Source: Vicinamibacterales bacterium
Lineage (GTDB): Bacteria > Acidobacteriota > Vicinamibacteria > Vicinamibacterales > UBA2999
NCBI GenBank assembly: GCA_050246635.1
Contig: JBFWVR010000005.1
Location: forward strand, 370,844 to 434,843
DNA length: 64,000 nucleotides
Direction: 5' to 3'
The translations under genes and the position numbers were made by a program. Below, piece by piece: positions 34,433-44,393 of this stretch (position 1 is its first letter; each line of letters starts with the position of its first letter). The notes under the pieces were generated by a model that did not search any database, was not told the origin of the DNA, and saw only the letters and a list, made by a program, of their open reading frames with translations.

Positions 34433-37400
34433 GGCTTCGGCACGATGGTGCCGTCGTTGGTGTTCGAGCCCGGGGCCGCCGTCAGGTACGTGGTCGGGCT
34501 CAGGACGATCTGGTCGAGGCTGACGCCGTCCTCACGCACCTGGATGCGCAGGGTCTGCGGCGCGGAGGTGGGGAACGTCACGGTCGTGGTCTGGTTCAGC
34601 CAGTACGCGCCGTGTTCCCAGCCCCACCCGTTGAGGCTGCTCGCGCCGGAGTCCGACGCGAGGTTGACCAGCAACCCGGAGGTCGTGCCGATCGGGTAGA
34701 TGGCGCTGCCGTTGGACTGGGCATCCGAGAACTGGACCCAGACGGCGTCGTTGTACTTCGAGTTGGCGGCGGCCTTGAGCCGGAGCCAGATCGTGTACGG
34801 CGTGCCGGCCTCGGGGGTGAACGTCACGTCCACATAGTGGATGGGCGCGGCGAGGGCCGTGTCGGTGTGCGCGTAGCCGTTGTCCGGCGTCGCCAGCCGC
34901 ACGCCGTTCGGTGAGGCGGCGTCGCTGGCCGTGGTCCACGCGCCGTGCAGCGCCGAGGTCGGGACGTCGCTGGCGTAGATGACGATGTCCGACGGCGGCG
35001 GGGGCGGCGTGGTGAACGACCATACCGGCCCCGCGGTACTGCCGTAGCTGTTGGTCGCCACGATCTGCCAGTAGTAGGTCTGGTCGGCTGCCAGCGTGTC
35101 GGGGGTGTACGACGCCTCGGCCTGCCCGCTCGACACGGTGGCGGGGGACGGCGACGTGCCGAACCGGACGTCATACGTCGTCGCGCCGGCGGCGTCCCAG
35201 CTCAGTGTCGGCTCCAGCGTGTCGATCGTCGTGCCGTTGGCCGGTGACGGAGACGTCGGCGTGGCCGGCGGATCGCTCGGCGGGTCGGTCGTGGTGAACG
35301 ACCAGACGGGGCCGTCGGTGGTGCCACCGCCGTTCTTCGCGACGACCTTCCAGTAGTAGGTGGTGCCATAGGCCAGCGAGGACGGCGCGTACGAGGCGCT
35401 CGGCGAGTCGGCCTGGACGAGCGGCGGCGTCGGGCTGGTGCCGAACGACACGTCGTAGGACGTGGCCCCGGCCGCGGTCCAGCCGAGCGTGGCGCTGGTG
35501 CTCACGCCGGTCGCGCTGTCGGCCGGCGACGGGCTGGCCGGCGCGCCCGGCGCGGCCGGCGGCTCCGGCCGCGGCACGATCGTGGTGTCGCCGCTCGGTG
35601 GTCCGGGCGGGGCATCGCGGTAGGTCGACGGGCTGATGACGATCTGGTCGATGTAGGCGCCGTCCTCGCGCGTCTGCACGCGGATGGTGTGGGTGCCGCT
35701 GTTCTGGAACCACACCTCGCCCGTGTCACCGAGCCAGTACGCGCGGTTCTGCCAGCCCCAGCCGATGCTCTGGCAGTCGGAGCAGGTCCAGAGGTTCACG
35801 AGGAGCGCGCCGGTCGTGCCGGAGCGATAGACCGGGACCCCGCCGCTGGTCACGCTGTCGGAGAACTGCACGAACACGGAGTCGTTCCACTTCAGGTCGT
35901 CCTGCGCGTGGATGCGGAGCCAGACCCGGTAGCGGGTGCCGGCCACGGCGTCGAAGGTCGCTTCGAAGTAGTTCGTGGGGCTCGACAGGGCCGGGTCCAC
36001 CGTGCCGGCGCCGGCGTCCGCGTGATGCAGCGCCACGCCGTCCGCGGCGCCCGCCGCGCTCACCTTCGTCCAGCCGCCGTGGAGGTTCGTGACATCGGCC
36101 GCGTGGATCACGACCTCGTCGGCGGTCTGGCCACCAGCGCCGGTCGTGAACGACCAGACGGGACCGGCGGTGTTACCGCCACTCGAGACCGTCGTCACCT
36201 GCCAGTAATAGGTGGTGGCCGCGGCAAGGGTGCCGGGGGCGTACGACGGGCTGGTCAGCCCCGTGGCCACGACCGACGGTGTCGTGGACGTGCCGAAGGC
36301 CACGTCATAGGTGGTGCCCTGCGGGCCGGCGGCCCAGCTGAGCGTCGGTGAGGTGCCGACCCCCGTCGCGCCATCCGGCGGGGCCGGGCTCGTGGCGCCA
36401 GGAGGCGGTCCCGACGGCCCACCGGTCGTGAACGACGAGGTCGTGGACGCGGCCTTCAGGGACGGATCCGCCACGGTGGCGTTGGTCAGCGCCACGATGC
36501 GCCAGTAGTACGTGGTCGCGGGCTGGAGGGGCGTGTCGGGTTTCCAGGAGTAGGTCTGCGGCGGGTCGTTGACCAGCTGCGCTTTCACGTTCGCCACCTT
36601 CGTGAGGTTGGCGGGCGAGGTGCCGAAGAGCACGTCGTAGCTCACGGCGAACGGCGCGCGGTTCCAGACGATGGCCGTGTCGGTCGGCACGTCGGTCGCG
36701 GCCCCGGCGGGCGAGGCGAGCGACGGCGTGTCGGGTGCCTCGGGATGGAAGTCGGCGAAGCCGGACGCGTCGTTCCACATGATGCCGAACCGGTCCTTCA
36801 TCGCCTGGTAGATGGCCGGCTTCGTGCCCGCGGGGACGAAGTAGTTGTGATCCCGCTGCCAGGCGGCGGCCAGGTTGGAGGAGGCGTTGGTGGCCACCGA
36901 CGAGGTGACCAGCATCTTCATGTGGGTGAGCCCGGTGTGGATGCGCTTCTTGATCGGCACGCCGGCCGCCCAGAGCTTGTCCATGTAGGCGTGCGTCAGC
37001 CAGAACTCCGGCCACTTCTTGTTCCGGTACTCGTTGGGCTCGAGGATGATCCGGACCGGCACGCCGGCCTGGTGCTTCGCCAGCAGGGCGTCGGTGATGT
37101 TCGGCACCGTGAGCCGGTAGATCACGAAGTCGATGAAGTTCGGTTCGGCGTTGATCTCCTGGATCAGCCGGTTGTTGAAGAGCGGTCCCTGGCCCCAGAC
37201 CATCTCCGGCGGCATCGGGTAGTCGGGCTCGAGCCGGCTGGTGTCGATCACCATCGGGGTCGGGTTGGGATACTGCGTCGCGTAGTCGGAGCAGGCGCTC
37301 TCGAGCGCGCAGGCCTCGTCCCAGTCGAGGAAGTACGGCGGCTCCGACACCCGGCTGTAGGGTTCCGGCGTCGTGTCGTTCCAGTAGCGGTCGAACCGCG

Positions 37401-37947
37401 TCTTGAAGGCGTTCACGAGGTCCGGATCGTCCGTGAACAGCACGGTCTCGTCCTTGTAGTTGGTCGACGAGACCGGCGCGAGCTCGAACGGCGTGTAGTT
37501 GGCCGAGCCGAACGTCAGCAGGTTCTGGCCGACGAAGATCGTCGACTTCCAGTGGTCGATCTCCGGGTACCACGTCGGGTGGTATCGCAGGCGGATCGGG
37601 ATCCCGTGGCTGGCCAGCCAGTAGAACTCCGCCCGGGTGTGCGGATCGATCTCGAAGATCGACCCGCGGTCGCCGATCAGGCGCACCTGGACGCCGGCCT
37701 GGAAGCGGTCGAGCAGCGCAATCGAGATCGCGTGCTCGGTCAGGTACCAGGCCGACATGTCGATCCGGACCGTCTCCGCGTAGATCTTGTCGACGAGGAT
37801 CTGGCGGACGTTGTCGACGGCCGGGAAGTAGATCTGGTCGTCCGCGGCTGCGGGGGTGGCGCGTCCCGCAAGCAGCAGGGCGAGGCCCAGCACGGTGGCG
37901 ACGAGCCGCCGCGACGAAGGACGTGGAGCGTGGGTCAGTGTAGGCAT
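34429..37947 (-). CDS. secreted phospholipase D-superfamily enzyme with 4x Fn3-like repeats and 2x unassigned module
   Basis: 1172 aa; ATG start and signal peptide (LGLALLLAGRATPAAA). The two-lobed PLD fold has two HxK...(G/A)SxN motifs (IDHWKSTIF...GSAN; LTHMKMLV...ASSN). The architecture is SP-PLD-Fn3x2-module-Fn3x2-module. Confidence 0.8.
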   Translation of the reverse strand: MPTLTHAPRPSSRRLVATVLGLALLLAGRATPAAADDQIYFPAVDNVRQILVDKIYAETVRIDMSAWYLTEHAISIALLDRFQAGVQVRLIGDRGSIFEIDPHTRAEFYWLASHGIPIRLRYHPTWYPEIDHWKSTIFVGQNLLTFGSANYTPFELAPVSSTNYKDETVLFTDDPDLVNAFKTRFDRYWNDTTPEPYSRVSEPPYFLDWDEACALESACSDYATQYPNPTPMVIDTSRLEPDYPMPPEMVWGQGPLFNNRLIQEINAEPNFIDFVIYRLTVPNITDALLAKHQAGVPVRIILEPNEYRNKKWPEFWLTHAYMDKLWAAGVPIKKRIHTGLTHMKMLVTSSVATNASSNLAAAWQRDHNYFVPAGTKPAIYQAMKDRFGIMWNDASGFADFHPEAPDTPSLASPAGAATDVPTDTAIVWNRAPFAVSYDVLFGTSPANLTKVANVKAQLVNDPPQTYSWKPDTPLQPATTYYWRIVALTNATVADPSLKAASTTSSFTTGGPSGPPPGATSPAPPDGATGVGTSPTLSWAAGPQGTTYDVAFGTSTTPSVVATGLTSPSYAPGTLAAATTYYWQVTTVSSGGNTAGPVWSFTTGAGGQTADEVVIHAADVTNLHGGWTKVSAAGAADGVALHHADAGAGTVDPALSSPTNYFEATFDAVAGTRYRVWLRIHAQDDLKWNDSVFVQFSDSVTSGGVPVYRSGTTGALLVNLWTCSDCQSIGWGWQNRAYWLGDTGEVWFQNSGTHTIRVQTREDGAYIDQIVISPSTYRDAPPGPPSGDTTIVPRPEPPAAPGAPASPSPADSATGVSTSATLGWTAAGATSYDVSFGTSPTPPLVQADSPSASYAPSSLAYGTTYYWKVVAKNGGGTTDGPVWSFTTTDPPSDPPATPTSPSPANGTTIDTLEPTLSWDAAGATTYDVRFGTSPSPATVSSGQAEASYTPDTLAADQTYYWQIVATNSYGSTAGPVWSFTTPPPPPSDIVIYASDVPTSALHGAWTTASDAASPNGVRLATPDNGYAHTDTALAAPIHYVDVTFTPEAGTPYTIWLRLKAAANSKYNDAVWVQFSDAQSNGSAIYPIGTTSGLLVNLASDSGASSLNGWGWEHGAYWLNQTTTVTFPTSAPQTLRIQVREDGVSLDQIVLSPTTYLTAAPGSNTNDGTIVPKP

Positions 37948-40197
37948 CTAAGTCGCATCCAGTGAAGTGGTCACGGCGCGGGGGACCACCGCTTCCGCGG
38001 CCGCCCGGGGGGCGGGTGCAGCCAGGGCCAGCAGGTCGTAGATACAGGCGGCGGCACGCGCGCTGGCGCCGCCGGGGCGATAGAAGAGCTCAGCGGCAAT
38101 CGCGCGCCGCCGTGGCGCGAACCGCCGCGGGTCATCGAGGCCCCGGCGGACCGCCGCGGCGACGCTCGCGCCGTCGGGCACGACGTCCGCGGCGCTGCGG
38201 AGCAGCGCCGCCTTCTGCGGGTTGATCCCGCCGTGTCTCAGCAGGTCGGGGCAGTCGATGATGACCACCGGCCGGTCGAGCAGCATGAACTCGAAGCCGA
38301 CGGAGCTGTGGTCCGTCACCAGCGCATCGGCGACGAACAGGTACGGGGACGCGTCCGCGCCGGTGGCGAGATGGACCCGCTCCGGGCGGCACAGGCGGCC
38401 GAGCCGGGCGCGCCAGTCCACGCCGCCCGACGCCCGCGTGGTGGGGTCGAGGGACCGGTCGTGGAGCTTGACGATGACGTTGACGCCCAGACGGCCGAGC
38501 CCCGCGATCACCGCTTCGCCGTGGGAGTTGAGCGAGGAGTGCGGTGACCACGTCGGTGCGTACAACACCGTGCGCGCCGCCGGGTCCAGCCCGAGCGATT
38601 CGAGGATCGCCCGGCGGTCGAGGCTGCCATCCACGAGGCAGTCGACCTTCGGATATCCGATGACGGTCCCCGTGGGGGTGCGGGGATCGACGAGGCCGGC
38701 TTCAGTGTAGCGCATGAGCCGGTCGTGGTTCGGGAACAGCAGCCGGTCGAAGGTCGCCACCACCGGCGCAATCTCCACCGGCGCGTCGAGGCCGTACTTG
38801 CCGGCCACGCCGTGGAAGAGGTGGATGCGCCGTGCCCGGCGCGGCAGCCACAGCGAGCTCCAGAAGTCGGTGTTGATGTAGGCGTCGAACTTCTGCCAGC
38901 GCGCGTCGCGGGGGCTGATGAGATCACCGGTGAGGCCGGCGTCCGCGAAGATCGTCGCCGCATCCCAGGCTTCATCGTTGGCCGTGAAGCGGAACTCGAG
39001 GCGCGGGTCGTCACGCAGCCGCTCGTACACCGGCCGGAACACCGCCAGGCTGAGCGGCGACGCGGCCTCGAACAGGATCCGGCGCCGGCCGCTGCCCGCG
39101 CGGCTCAGCCAGTCGTCCGCCGCGTGGACGGCGCGGACCACCGTGCGCCGCGTGCGGCGGTAGGCCGTGTCATGCACCAGCGGCGTGCGCGGCAGGTCGT
39201 GCGGCCGGGGCTCGCGCCGCGTCAGCCCGAGCGACCGGAGGCCGCTGCGGATGGCCTTCAGGGGGAGGAGGGCCGGCGAGCCCGCGAGCGCCGCCAGGTA
39301 GTAGCCGCGGGCGCGGCGGTCGGACGGGTCCTCCGCCAGCGCGAGGCGATAGGCGTCGCGAGCCGCGCGCGCCTGCCCCTTCCAGAACCGCTCGTATCCC
39401 AGCTCCGAGTACAGGCGGTGCCGCCGGGCGCGCAGGCAGCCGGCGGCATCGTCCCGATGCCGCGCGCACGTGTCCGCGCAGCCGCCCGCCATCTTCTCGA
39501 TGACCAGCGACTGTCCATGGAACGTCTTCTCGACTTCGCTGCTCATCGCGCCGCCGGGCCGGTGGACGGCCAGCGGCTCCGGCAGGTAGCCCACCGGGTG
39601 CCGGGACGCGATACGCAGCCACAGGTCCCAGTCCTCGACGTGCAGTTCCCGCCGCTCGTCGAAACCTCCCGCCTCGGCGATGACCTCGCGCGGCGCCATC
39701 ACCGTCAGCGTGCGTACGGTCTGGTCGCAGTGGAAGAGCGCGCAGAACTGATCCGAGGGCGGCGCGGCTGCCGCGGGGCGTGCGCCCGTGACCGGCATAT
39801 ACAGCCGCGCCACGGGCGCATCGCTCACGTGGGCCCCGGTGTGCAACAGGCCCGTCTCGGGATGGCGTGCGAAGTAGTCGACCTGGCGCTCCAGCTTGTC
39901 CGGCAGCCAGACGTCGTCGGCGTCGAGGAACGCCACGAGGCGCCCACGCGCCATCGCCAGGGCGGTGTTCCGCGCCCGGGCGGGGCCGCCGTTCGGCTGC
40001 CACCGGTAGCGCACCCGGTCGCCCCACGCCGCCACCCGCGCCTCGAGGTCGTCGGTCGAGCCGTCGTCGACGACGAGGACCTCGAAGTCGTGCCAGGTCT
40101 GGGCGAACACCGACTGCAGCGCCGCATCGATGGTGCGCCCGGCGTTGTAGGCGGGGATGACGACCGAGACGGCCGGACCGGTGGCGGACTGGATCAT
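37948..40197 (-). CDS. bifunctional GT2 glycosyltransferase / TagF-like CDP-glycerol glycerophosphotransferase
   Basis: The start ATG 40197 ([23 protein letters not shown]) overlaps the upstream stop (ATGA). The N-terminal GT2 domain has DDGSTDD and LDADD. The C-terminal half has the [16 protein letters not shown] and [22 protein letters not shown] blocks typical of the Glyphos_transf family. Confidence 0.8.
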   Translation of the reverse strand: MIQSATGPAVSVVIPAYNAGRTIDAALQSVFAQTWHDFEVLVVDDGSTDDLEARVAAWGDRVRYRWQPNGGPARARNTALAMARGRLVAFLDADDVWLPDKLERQVDYFARHPETGLLHTGAHVSDAPVARLYMPVTGARPAAAAPPSDQFCALFHCDQTVRTLTVMAPREVIAEAGGFDERRELHVEDWDLWLRIASRHPVGYLPEPLAVHRPGGAMSSEVEKTFHGQSLVIEKMAGGCADTCARHRDDAAGCLRARRHRLYSELGYERFWKGQARAARDAYRLALAEDPSDRRARGYYLAALAGSPALLPLKAIRSGLRSLGLTRREPRPHDLPRTPLVHDTAYRRTRRTVVRAVHAADDWLSRAGSGRRRILFEAASPLSLAVFRPVYERLRDDPRLEFRFTANDEAWDAATIFADAGLTGDLISPRDARWQKFDAYINTDFWSSLWLPRRARRIHLFHGVAGKYGLDAPVEIAPVVATFDRLLFPNHDRLMRYTEAGLVDPRTPTGTVIGYPKVDCLVDGSLDRRAILESLGLDPAARTVLYAPTWSPHSSLNSHGEAVIAGLGRLGVNVIVKLHDRSLDPTTRASGGVDWRARLGRLCRPERVHLATGADASPYLFVADALVTDHSSVGFEFMLLDRPVVIIDCPDLLRHGGINPQKAALLRSAADVVPDGASVAAAVRRGLDDPRRFAPRRRAIAAELFYRPGGASARAAACIYDLLALAAPAPRAAAEAVVPRAVTTSLDAT

Positions 40198-41660
40198 GCG
40201 GGGCTCGCCTCCGGGTGGGACGCCAGCGTGCGGTGGCGCCTGGTGGGGGACGCGGGAGCTGGCGCCGTTTCGGTGGCGCGATCGCGCACGAGCTCGCGCG
40301 ACGCCACCAGGAACGCCAGCAGGTAGTAGAAGGTCCAGCTGTAGGCCACCGACGCGAAGAGCGCGCACGTGAACCAGCCGGCCAGGCCGGCGGTCAGGGC
40401 AATCGCGAGCACGTGCAGCGTGTGGCGCTCGTCGTCGGTGAGCCCCGGCACGCCGTCCGGCGCGGCGCCCCGGCGCCGCCGCACGGGCCGCAGGCGGCGG
40501 CGGAGCCAGGCCGACGTGTAGCCGGCGCGGGCGAGCAGCAGGCAGAACAGCAGCAGGCCTGCGATGCCGGTGTCGGCCGCGACCTGGATGAGCACGTTGT
40601 GCGCCTCGCGCCACTTCTCCTGGCGGCCCGGATAGTTGTAGTTCGGGAACTGGCCGGGGCCCACGCCCGTGAACGGGTGGGTGGCGAAGGTGTAGATGCC
40701 CTCCTGCATGACCGTCCAGCGCGCTTCCCGTGACCCGGTGTAGTGCAGCTCGTCCTGCCGCGGGTTCACGATCGTCTCCATGCGGTCCCAGAACGAGTGC
40801 GGCAGGAACGGTGCGGCCAGCACGACGGCGGCGAGCACGGCCGCGCCGAACGCCGGGCGCACCGTGCGGGTGAGCAGCGCCAGCGTCAGCACCATCACCG
40901 CCAGCCCGAGGAACCCGCCGCGCGACTGGCTGAAGACGACGGTCGCCAGCATCAGCACGAACGCGCCGGCACCCGCCAGCCGGAGCACCGTCGCGTGCCG
41001 GCGCGACATCGCGAGGATCGCGCCGAGTGGCATGAACGCGACCATGTTGGTCGCCAGGTCGTTCGGGTTCCCGAAGATGCCACCCACCGGCCCGGCCAGC
41101 CGGCCCCCCTCCACCAGGTTCTGGCCGCGTGCCCAGTCGAAGACCGCCTCGGCGGCCACGATGCCCGCGCAGACGAGCACGAGGCCGGCGAAGCGCTCGA
41201 TGCGTCGCGGGGTCGTCAGCGTGTTCATCATCAGCACGAAGACGAGCAGCACCTTGAGGTAGGAGTTCAGGACCTCCTGCACGGCCCCCCCGGGCCAGAT
41301 CGAGAATGGCGCCACGCCGAGCATCACGACGCCCAGGGCGGTGAGCGTCACGGTCTCCGGCGTGACCCGGAAGACGGGCAGGCGCCGCACGAAGCGGTGG
41401 ACGACCATCGGCATGACGCCGGCGAGCGCGAACAGCTCGGCCAGATGGAGCGAGGCGAGGCCCGGCACGTGATCCTGCGGCCGCAGGAGCAGCACGGTGG
41501 TGAACGCCAGCAGGCCGGTGTAGCCCCAGTCGCGCGGCTCGCTGCGGGCGGCCGTGGGGAAGCTGTCACCGGTGTGGGGCGCCGCGGCCGCGGTGGCCGC
41601 CGGTGCGCCCGGCACGGCGGGACCGCCGAACGAGAACGCTAGCCGCTCGTGCGGGGCCAT
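40194..41660 (-). CDS. O-antigen ligase/polymerase (Wzy_C) family membrane protein
   Basis: 488 aa with about 10 hydrophobic helices. The [10 protein letters not shown] loop is followed by a large periplasmic loop ending [17 protein letters not shown], as in the O-antigen ligase family. Confidence 0.8.
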   Translation of the reverse strand: MAPHERLAFSFGGPAVPGAPAATAAAAPHTGDSFPTAARSEPRDWGYTGLLAFTTVLLLRPQDHVPGLASLHLAELFALAGVMPMVVHRFVRRLPVFRVTPETVTLTALGVVMLGVAPFSIWPGGAVQEVLNSYLKVLLVFVLMMNTLTTPRRIERFAGLVLVCAGIVAAEAVFDWARGQNLVEGGRLAGPVGGIFGNPNDLATNMVAFMPLGAILAMSRRHATVLRLAGAGAFVLMLATVVFSQSRGGFLGLAVMVLTLALLTRTVRPAFGAAVLAAVVLAAPFLPHSFWDRMETIVNPRQDELHYTGSREARWTVMQEGIYTFATHPFTGVGPGQFPNYNYPGRQEKWREAHNVLIQVAADTGIAGLLLFCLLLARAGYTSAWLRRRLRPVRRRRGAAPDGVPGLTDDERHTLHVLAIALTAGLAGWFTCALFASVAYSWTFYYLLAFLVASRELVRDRATETAPAPASPTRRHRTLASHPEASPA

Positions 41661-41797
41661 CAGCGCCAGACCTTCCTGCGCGTCAGCGCGGCCAGCGTGC
41701 CGGCGACGGCGGAGTAGTTCAGGACCAGGAACGTGTACGCGATGCGCGCGGCCCGTTCCACGATGCGGCGCGGGGCCCGTGTCCGGGTGCTCGACAT
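41660..41797 (-). CDS. 45-aa ORF encoding what looks like the detached C-terminal TM segment of the upstream GT2
   Basis: ATG 41797 is preceded by AAGGAGG, which begins immediately after the GT2 TGA. The product is MSSTRTRAPRRIVERAARIAYTFLVLNYSAVAGTLAALTRRKVWR. The ORF lies in the -1 frame relative to the GT2, and its stop overlaps the next gene's ATG by 1 nt. Confidence 0.4.
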   Translation of the reverse strand: MSSTRTRAPRRIVERAARIAYTFLVLNYSAVAGTLAALTRRKVWR

Positions 41798-41808
41798 GGA
41801 GGCCTCCT

Positions 41809-42930
41809 TCACGCGGTCACCGCCGGACGGGTCGACAGCCACGCGCCGTACCCGCCGAGGGCATAGAACGCCAGCTGCGCGGCGAGCGCCGCCGCGTAGA
41901 GCAGCGCGTCGCCGGCCAGCACGATGCTCGAGACGAGCAGCGCCGCGAGCCCGTAGGGCACGAGGAGCCGCCCGAGCTTGTGCGATACGTACTGCAGCCA
42001 GACGGGGTTCACGAACGGCAGGAGCAGCCGCGGCTCCAGCCACAGGATCTGGACGTTGCCGGCCAGGGTGCGGATCTTGCGGCGCATCTCCGTGCGAGGC
42101 TCGGCCGGGGCCTGGTCGACGGCCTTCGCCCGGTCCTCGAACACCACGACCGACCCGTCGAGCACCGCGCGCATCGGCGCCAGCACGTCGTCCAGGATCG
42201 TGTCGGCCGGCAGGGGACGCCACAGGGACCGGCGCATCGCGTAGATGGCGCCTGTCGCGCCGAGCGTCGAGGCGATGGCGCTCTCCAGCCGCCGCAACGC
42301 CTTCTCGTACTGCCAGTAGAGCCCGACGCCATCGGCGACGGCCGACGGCGCGGTGCGGCGGTCGTGCCGACGGCGGTCCCCGTCAGGGGCACGGCCGGGG
42401 CCGCGCCGCCGCTCGACGCCGCGGCGACGGTTGACCGACGGCTCGGATGCCAGCAGCAGCTCGCCGGTGACCGCACCCACCCGCGGATCGCGGAAGGGCG
42501 CGGCGAGGGCCCGGAGCGCGCCCGGCGCGAACCGCTGCCGGGCGTCCGCGAAGACGAGCAGATCGTGGCGCGCGCGGGCCACACCGGCGTTCAGCGCCGC
42601 GGCCTTGCCGCGTGCCGGCTGGCGCACCAGCTCGACCCGCGGGTCCGCGGGCAGCGCGGCCGCCGGGTCGTCGGTCGATCCGTCGCAGACCACGATGACC
42701 TGGCGGTCGCCGGGGTAGTCGAGGCCGAGCAGGTTCTCCACGCGCGCGCCGAGCCGCGCGGCCTCGTTCCGGACCGCGATCACGATGGACACCGGCGGGG
42801 TCGGCGCCGCGCCTGGCACCGGCGGCACCCGGCGCGGCGACACCCGGGCCCACACCGCGAGCAGCAACGGATAGCCCGCGTAGACGTAGAGCACGAGTGC
42901 CGCCGATGACCAGAAGATCGCCTGCATCAT
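41809..42930 (-). CDS. membrane-anchored GT2 family glycosyltransferase (COG1215-like), apparently C-terminally truncated
   Basis: 373 aa. The N-terminal TM helix is followed by VSIVIAVRNE, DGSTDD and ADARQ blocks, a catalytic-domain motif (RRKIRTLAGN) and two C-terminal TM helices. Confidence 0.8.
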   Translation of the reverse strand: MMQAIFWSSAALVLYVYAGYPLLLAVWARVSPRRVPPVPGAAPTPPVSIVIAVRNEAARLGARVENLLGLDYPGDRQVIVVCDGSTDDPAAALPADPRVELVRQPARGKAAALNAGVARARHDLLVFADARQRFAPGALRALAAPFRDPRVGAVTGELLLASEPSVNRRRGVERRRGPGRAPDGDRRRHDRRTAPSAVADGVGLYWQYEKALRRLESAIASTLGATGAIYAMRRSLWRPLPADTILDDVLAPMRAVLDGSVVVFEDRAKAVDQAPAEPRTEMRRKIRTLAGNVQILWLEPRLLLPFVNPVWLQYVSHKLGRLLVPYGLAALLVSSIVLAGDALLYAAALAAQLAFYALGGYGAWLSTRPAVTA

Positions 42931-42954
42931 GATCCGTGTCCTTCGTGTCTCCCT

Positions 42955-44340
42955 CTAGGCGATGCGGCTGGCCGCGGCCTCGGCCGGCTGCCACGGCTCG
43001 GCCTCGGCCGGATGGGGGGCGCCGAGGCGGAACACGTGCGGGTGCGTCCCGCGCACGGCGTTGCGGGTGTCGACCACCAGCGGCGCATGGGCGACGATGG
43101 CGTCGTAGTCGAAGGTGCGGTGATCGGTGAGGATCGCCACGCAGTCCACGCTCGCGAGCTGCTCCACGTCGAGCGGCGTCGAGGTGAGGGCGTAGCCGCC
43201 CGGCCACGCGCTGGCGCCGAGTTCGGGCACGTACGGGTCCGCGTAGGAGAGCCGCACGCCCCGGCGCTGGAGCAGGCCCATCACGTCCAGGGCCGGGGAC
43301 TCCCGCACGTCGTCGATGTCACGCTTGTAGGCGACGCCGGCCACGAGCACGTGCGAGCCGCTGAGCGGCTTGCGCTGCACGTTGAGCGCGTGGCCGATCT
43401 TCTCGACCACGGCGTGGGGCATCGCGGCGTTGACGTGTCCGGCGAGCTCGATGAAGCGCGGCTCGAACCCGCTCTGCTTCGCCTTCCACGACAGGTAGTA
43501 CGGGTCGATCGGGATGCAGTGGCCCCCGAGCCCGGGACCCGGGTAGAACGGCATGAAGCCGAAGGGCTTGGTGCGCGCCGCGTCGACGATCTCCCAGACG
43601 TCCACGCCGAGCGCGTCGCACATCAGCGCCATCTCGTTGACGAGCGCGATGTTCACGGAGCGGAAGGTGTTCTCGAGCAGCTTGACCATCTCGGCCACCC
43701 GCGGCGAGCTCACCGGCACGACCGTGTCGAGCGCCGACTGGTACAGCGCCCGCGCCGCGTCGCTGCACGCGGGGGTGACCCCGCCGACGACCTTGGGCAC
43801 CGTCCGGGTCGTGAACGTGGCGTTGCCGGGGTCCACCCGCTCCGGCGAGAAAGCCAGGCCGAAGTCGTCCCCGGCGTGCAGACCCGTGGCCTCGAGCAGC
43901 GGCCGCACGAGCTCGTCCGTCGTGCCCGGGTAGGTCGTCGATTCGAGGATGACCAGCATCCCGCGGTGCAGGTGCGCGGCCACCGCCTCGACCGCCGAGA
44001 CCACGTAGGACATGTCCGGGTCCTTCGTCTTCCGCAGCGGCGTCGGGACGCAGATGTTGACGGTGTCGAGCGACGCGACCGCCGCGAAGTCGGTCGTCGC
44101 GGTGAGCCGTCCCTCGGCGACCAGCGCGGCCACGTCGGCCGACGGCACGTCCGCGATGTAGGACTCGCCCGCGTTGATGCGGTCGACCTTGCGGGTGTCG
44201 AGATCGATGCCGGTCACGGCGAAGCCGTGCTTCGCGAACTCGACGGCCAGCGGCAGGCCGACGTAGCCGAGGCCGATGACGCCGACGCGCGCCTGGCGCG
44301 ACTGGATGCGGTGGAGCAGTTCGGTAAGTGCGGACGACAT
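42955..44340 (-). CDS. UDP-N-acetyl-hexosamine 6-dehydrogenase family (WecC/TviB/WbpA-like nucleotide-sugar dehydrogenase)
   Basis: The start is ATG 44340 (MSSALTELL...) with GAGGAGG upstream. The Rossmann segment is VGVIGLGYVGLPLA, the catalytic block is GPGLGGHCIPIDPYY, and DDVRESP is present. Confidence 0.85.
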   Translation of the reverse strand: MSSALTELLHRIQSRQARVGVIGLGYVGLPLAVEFAKHGFAVTGIDLDTRKVDRINAGESYIADVPSADVAALVAEGRLTATTDFAAVASLDTVNICVPTPLRKTKDPDMSYVVSAVEAVAAHLHRGMLVILESTTYPGTTDELVRPLLEATGLHAGDDFGLAFSPERVDPGNATFTTRTVPKVVGGVTPACSDAARALYQSALDTVVPVSSPRVAEMVKLLENTFRSVNIALVNEMALMCDALGVDVWEIVDAARTKPFGFMPFYPGPGLGGHCIPIDPYYLSWKAKQSGFEPRFIELAGHVNAAMPHAVVEKIGHALNVQRKPLSGSHVLVAGVAYKRDIDDVRESPALDVMGLLQRRGVRLSYADPYVPELGASAWPGGYALTSTPLDVEQLASVDCVAILTDHRTFDYDAIVAHAPLVVDTRNAVRGTHPHVFRLGAPHPAEAEPWQPAEAAASRIA

Positions 44341-44393
44341 GGGCGCTGAACCTCCTCGGGGCCCGCCTCTGCGGGCTCGTGTTGCGATGACTC

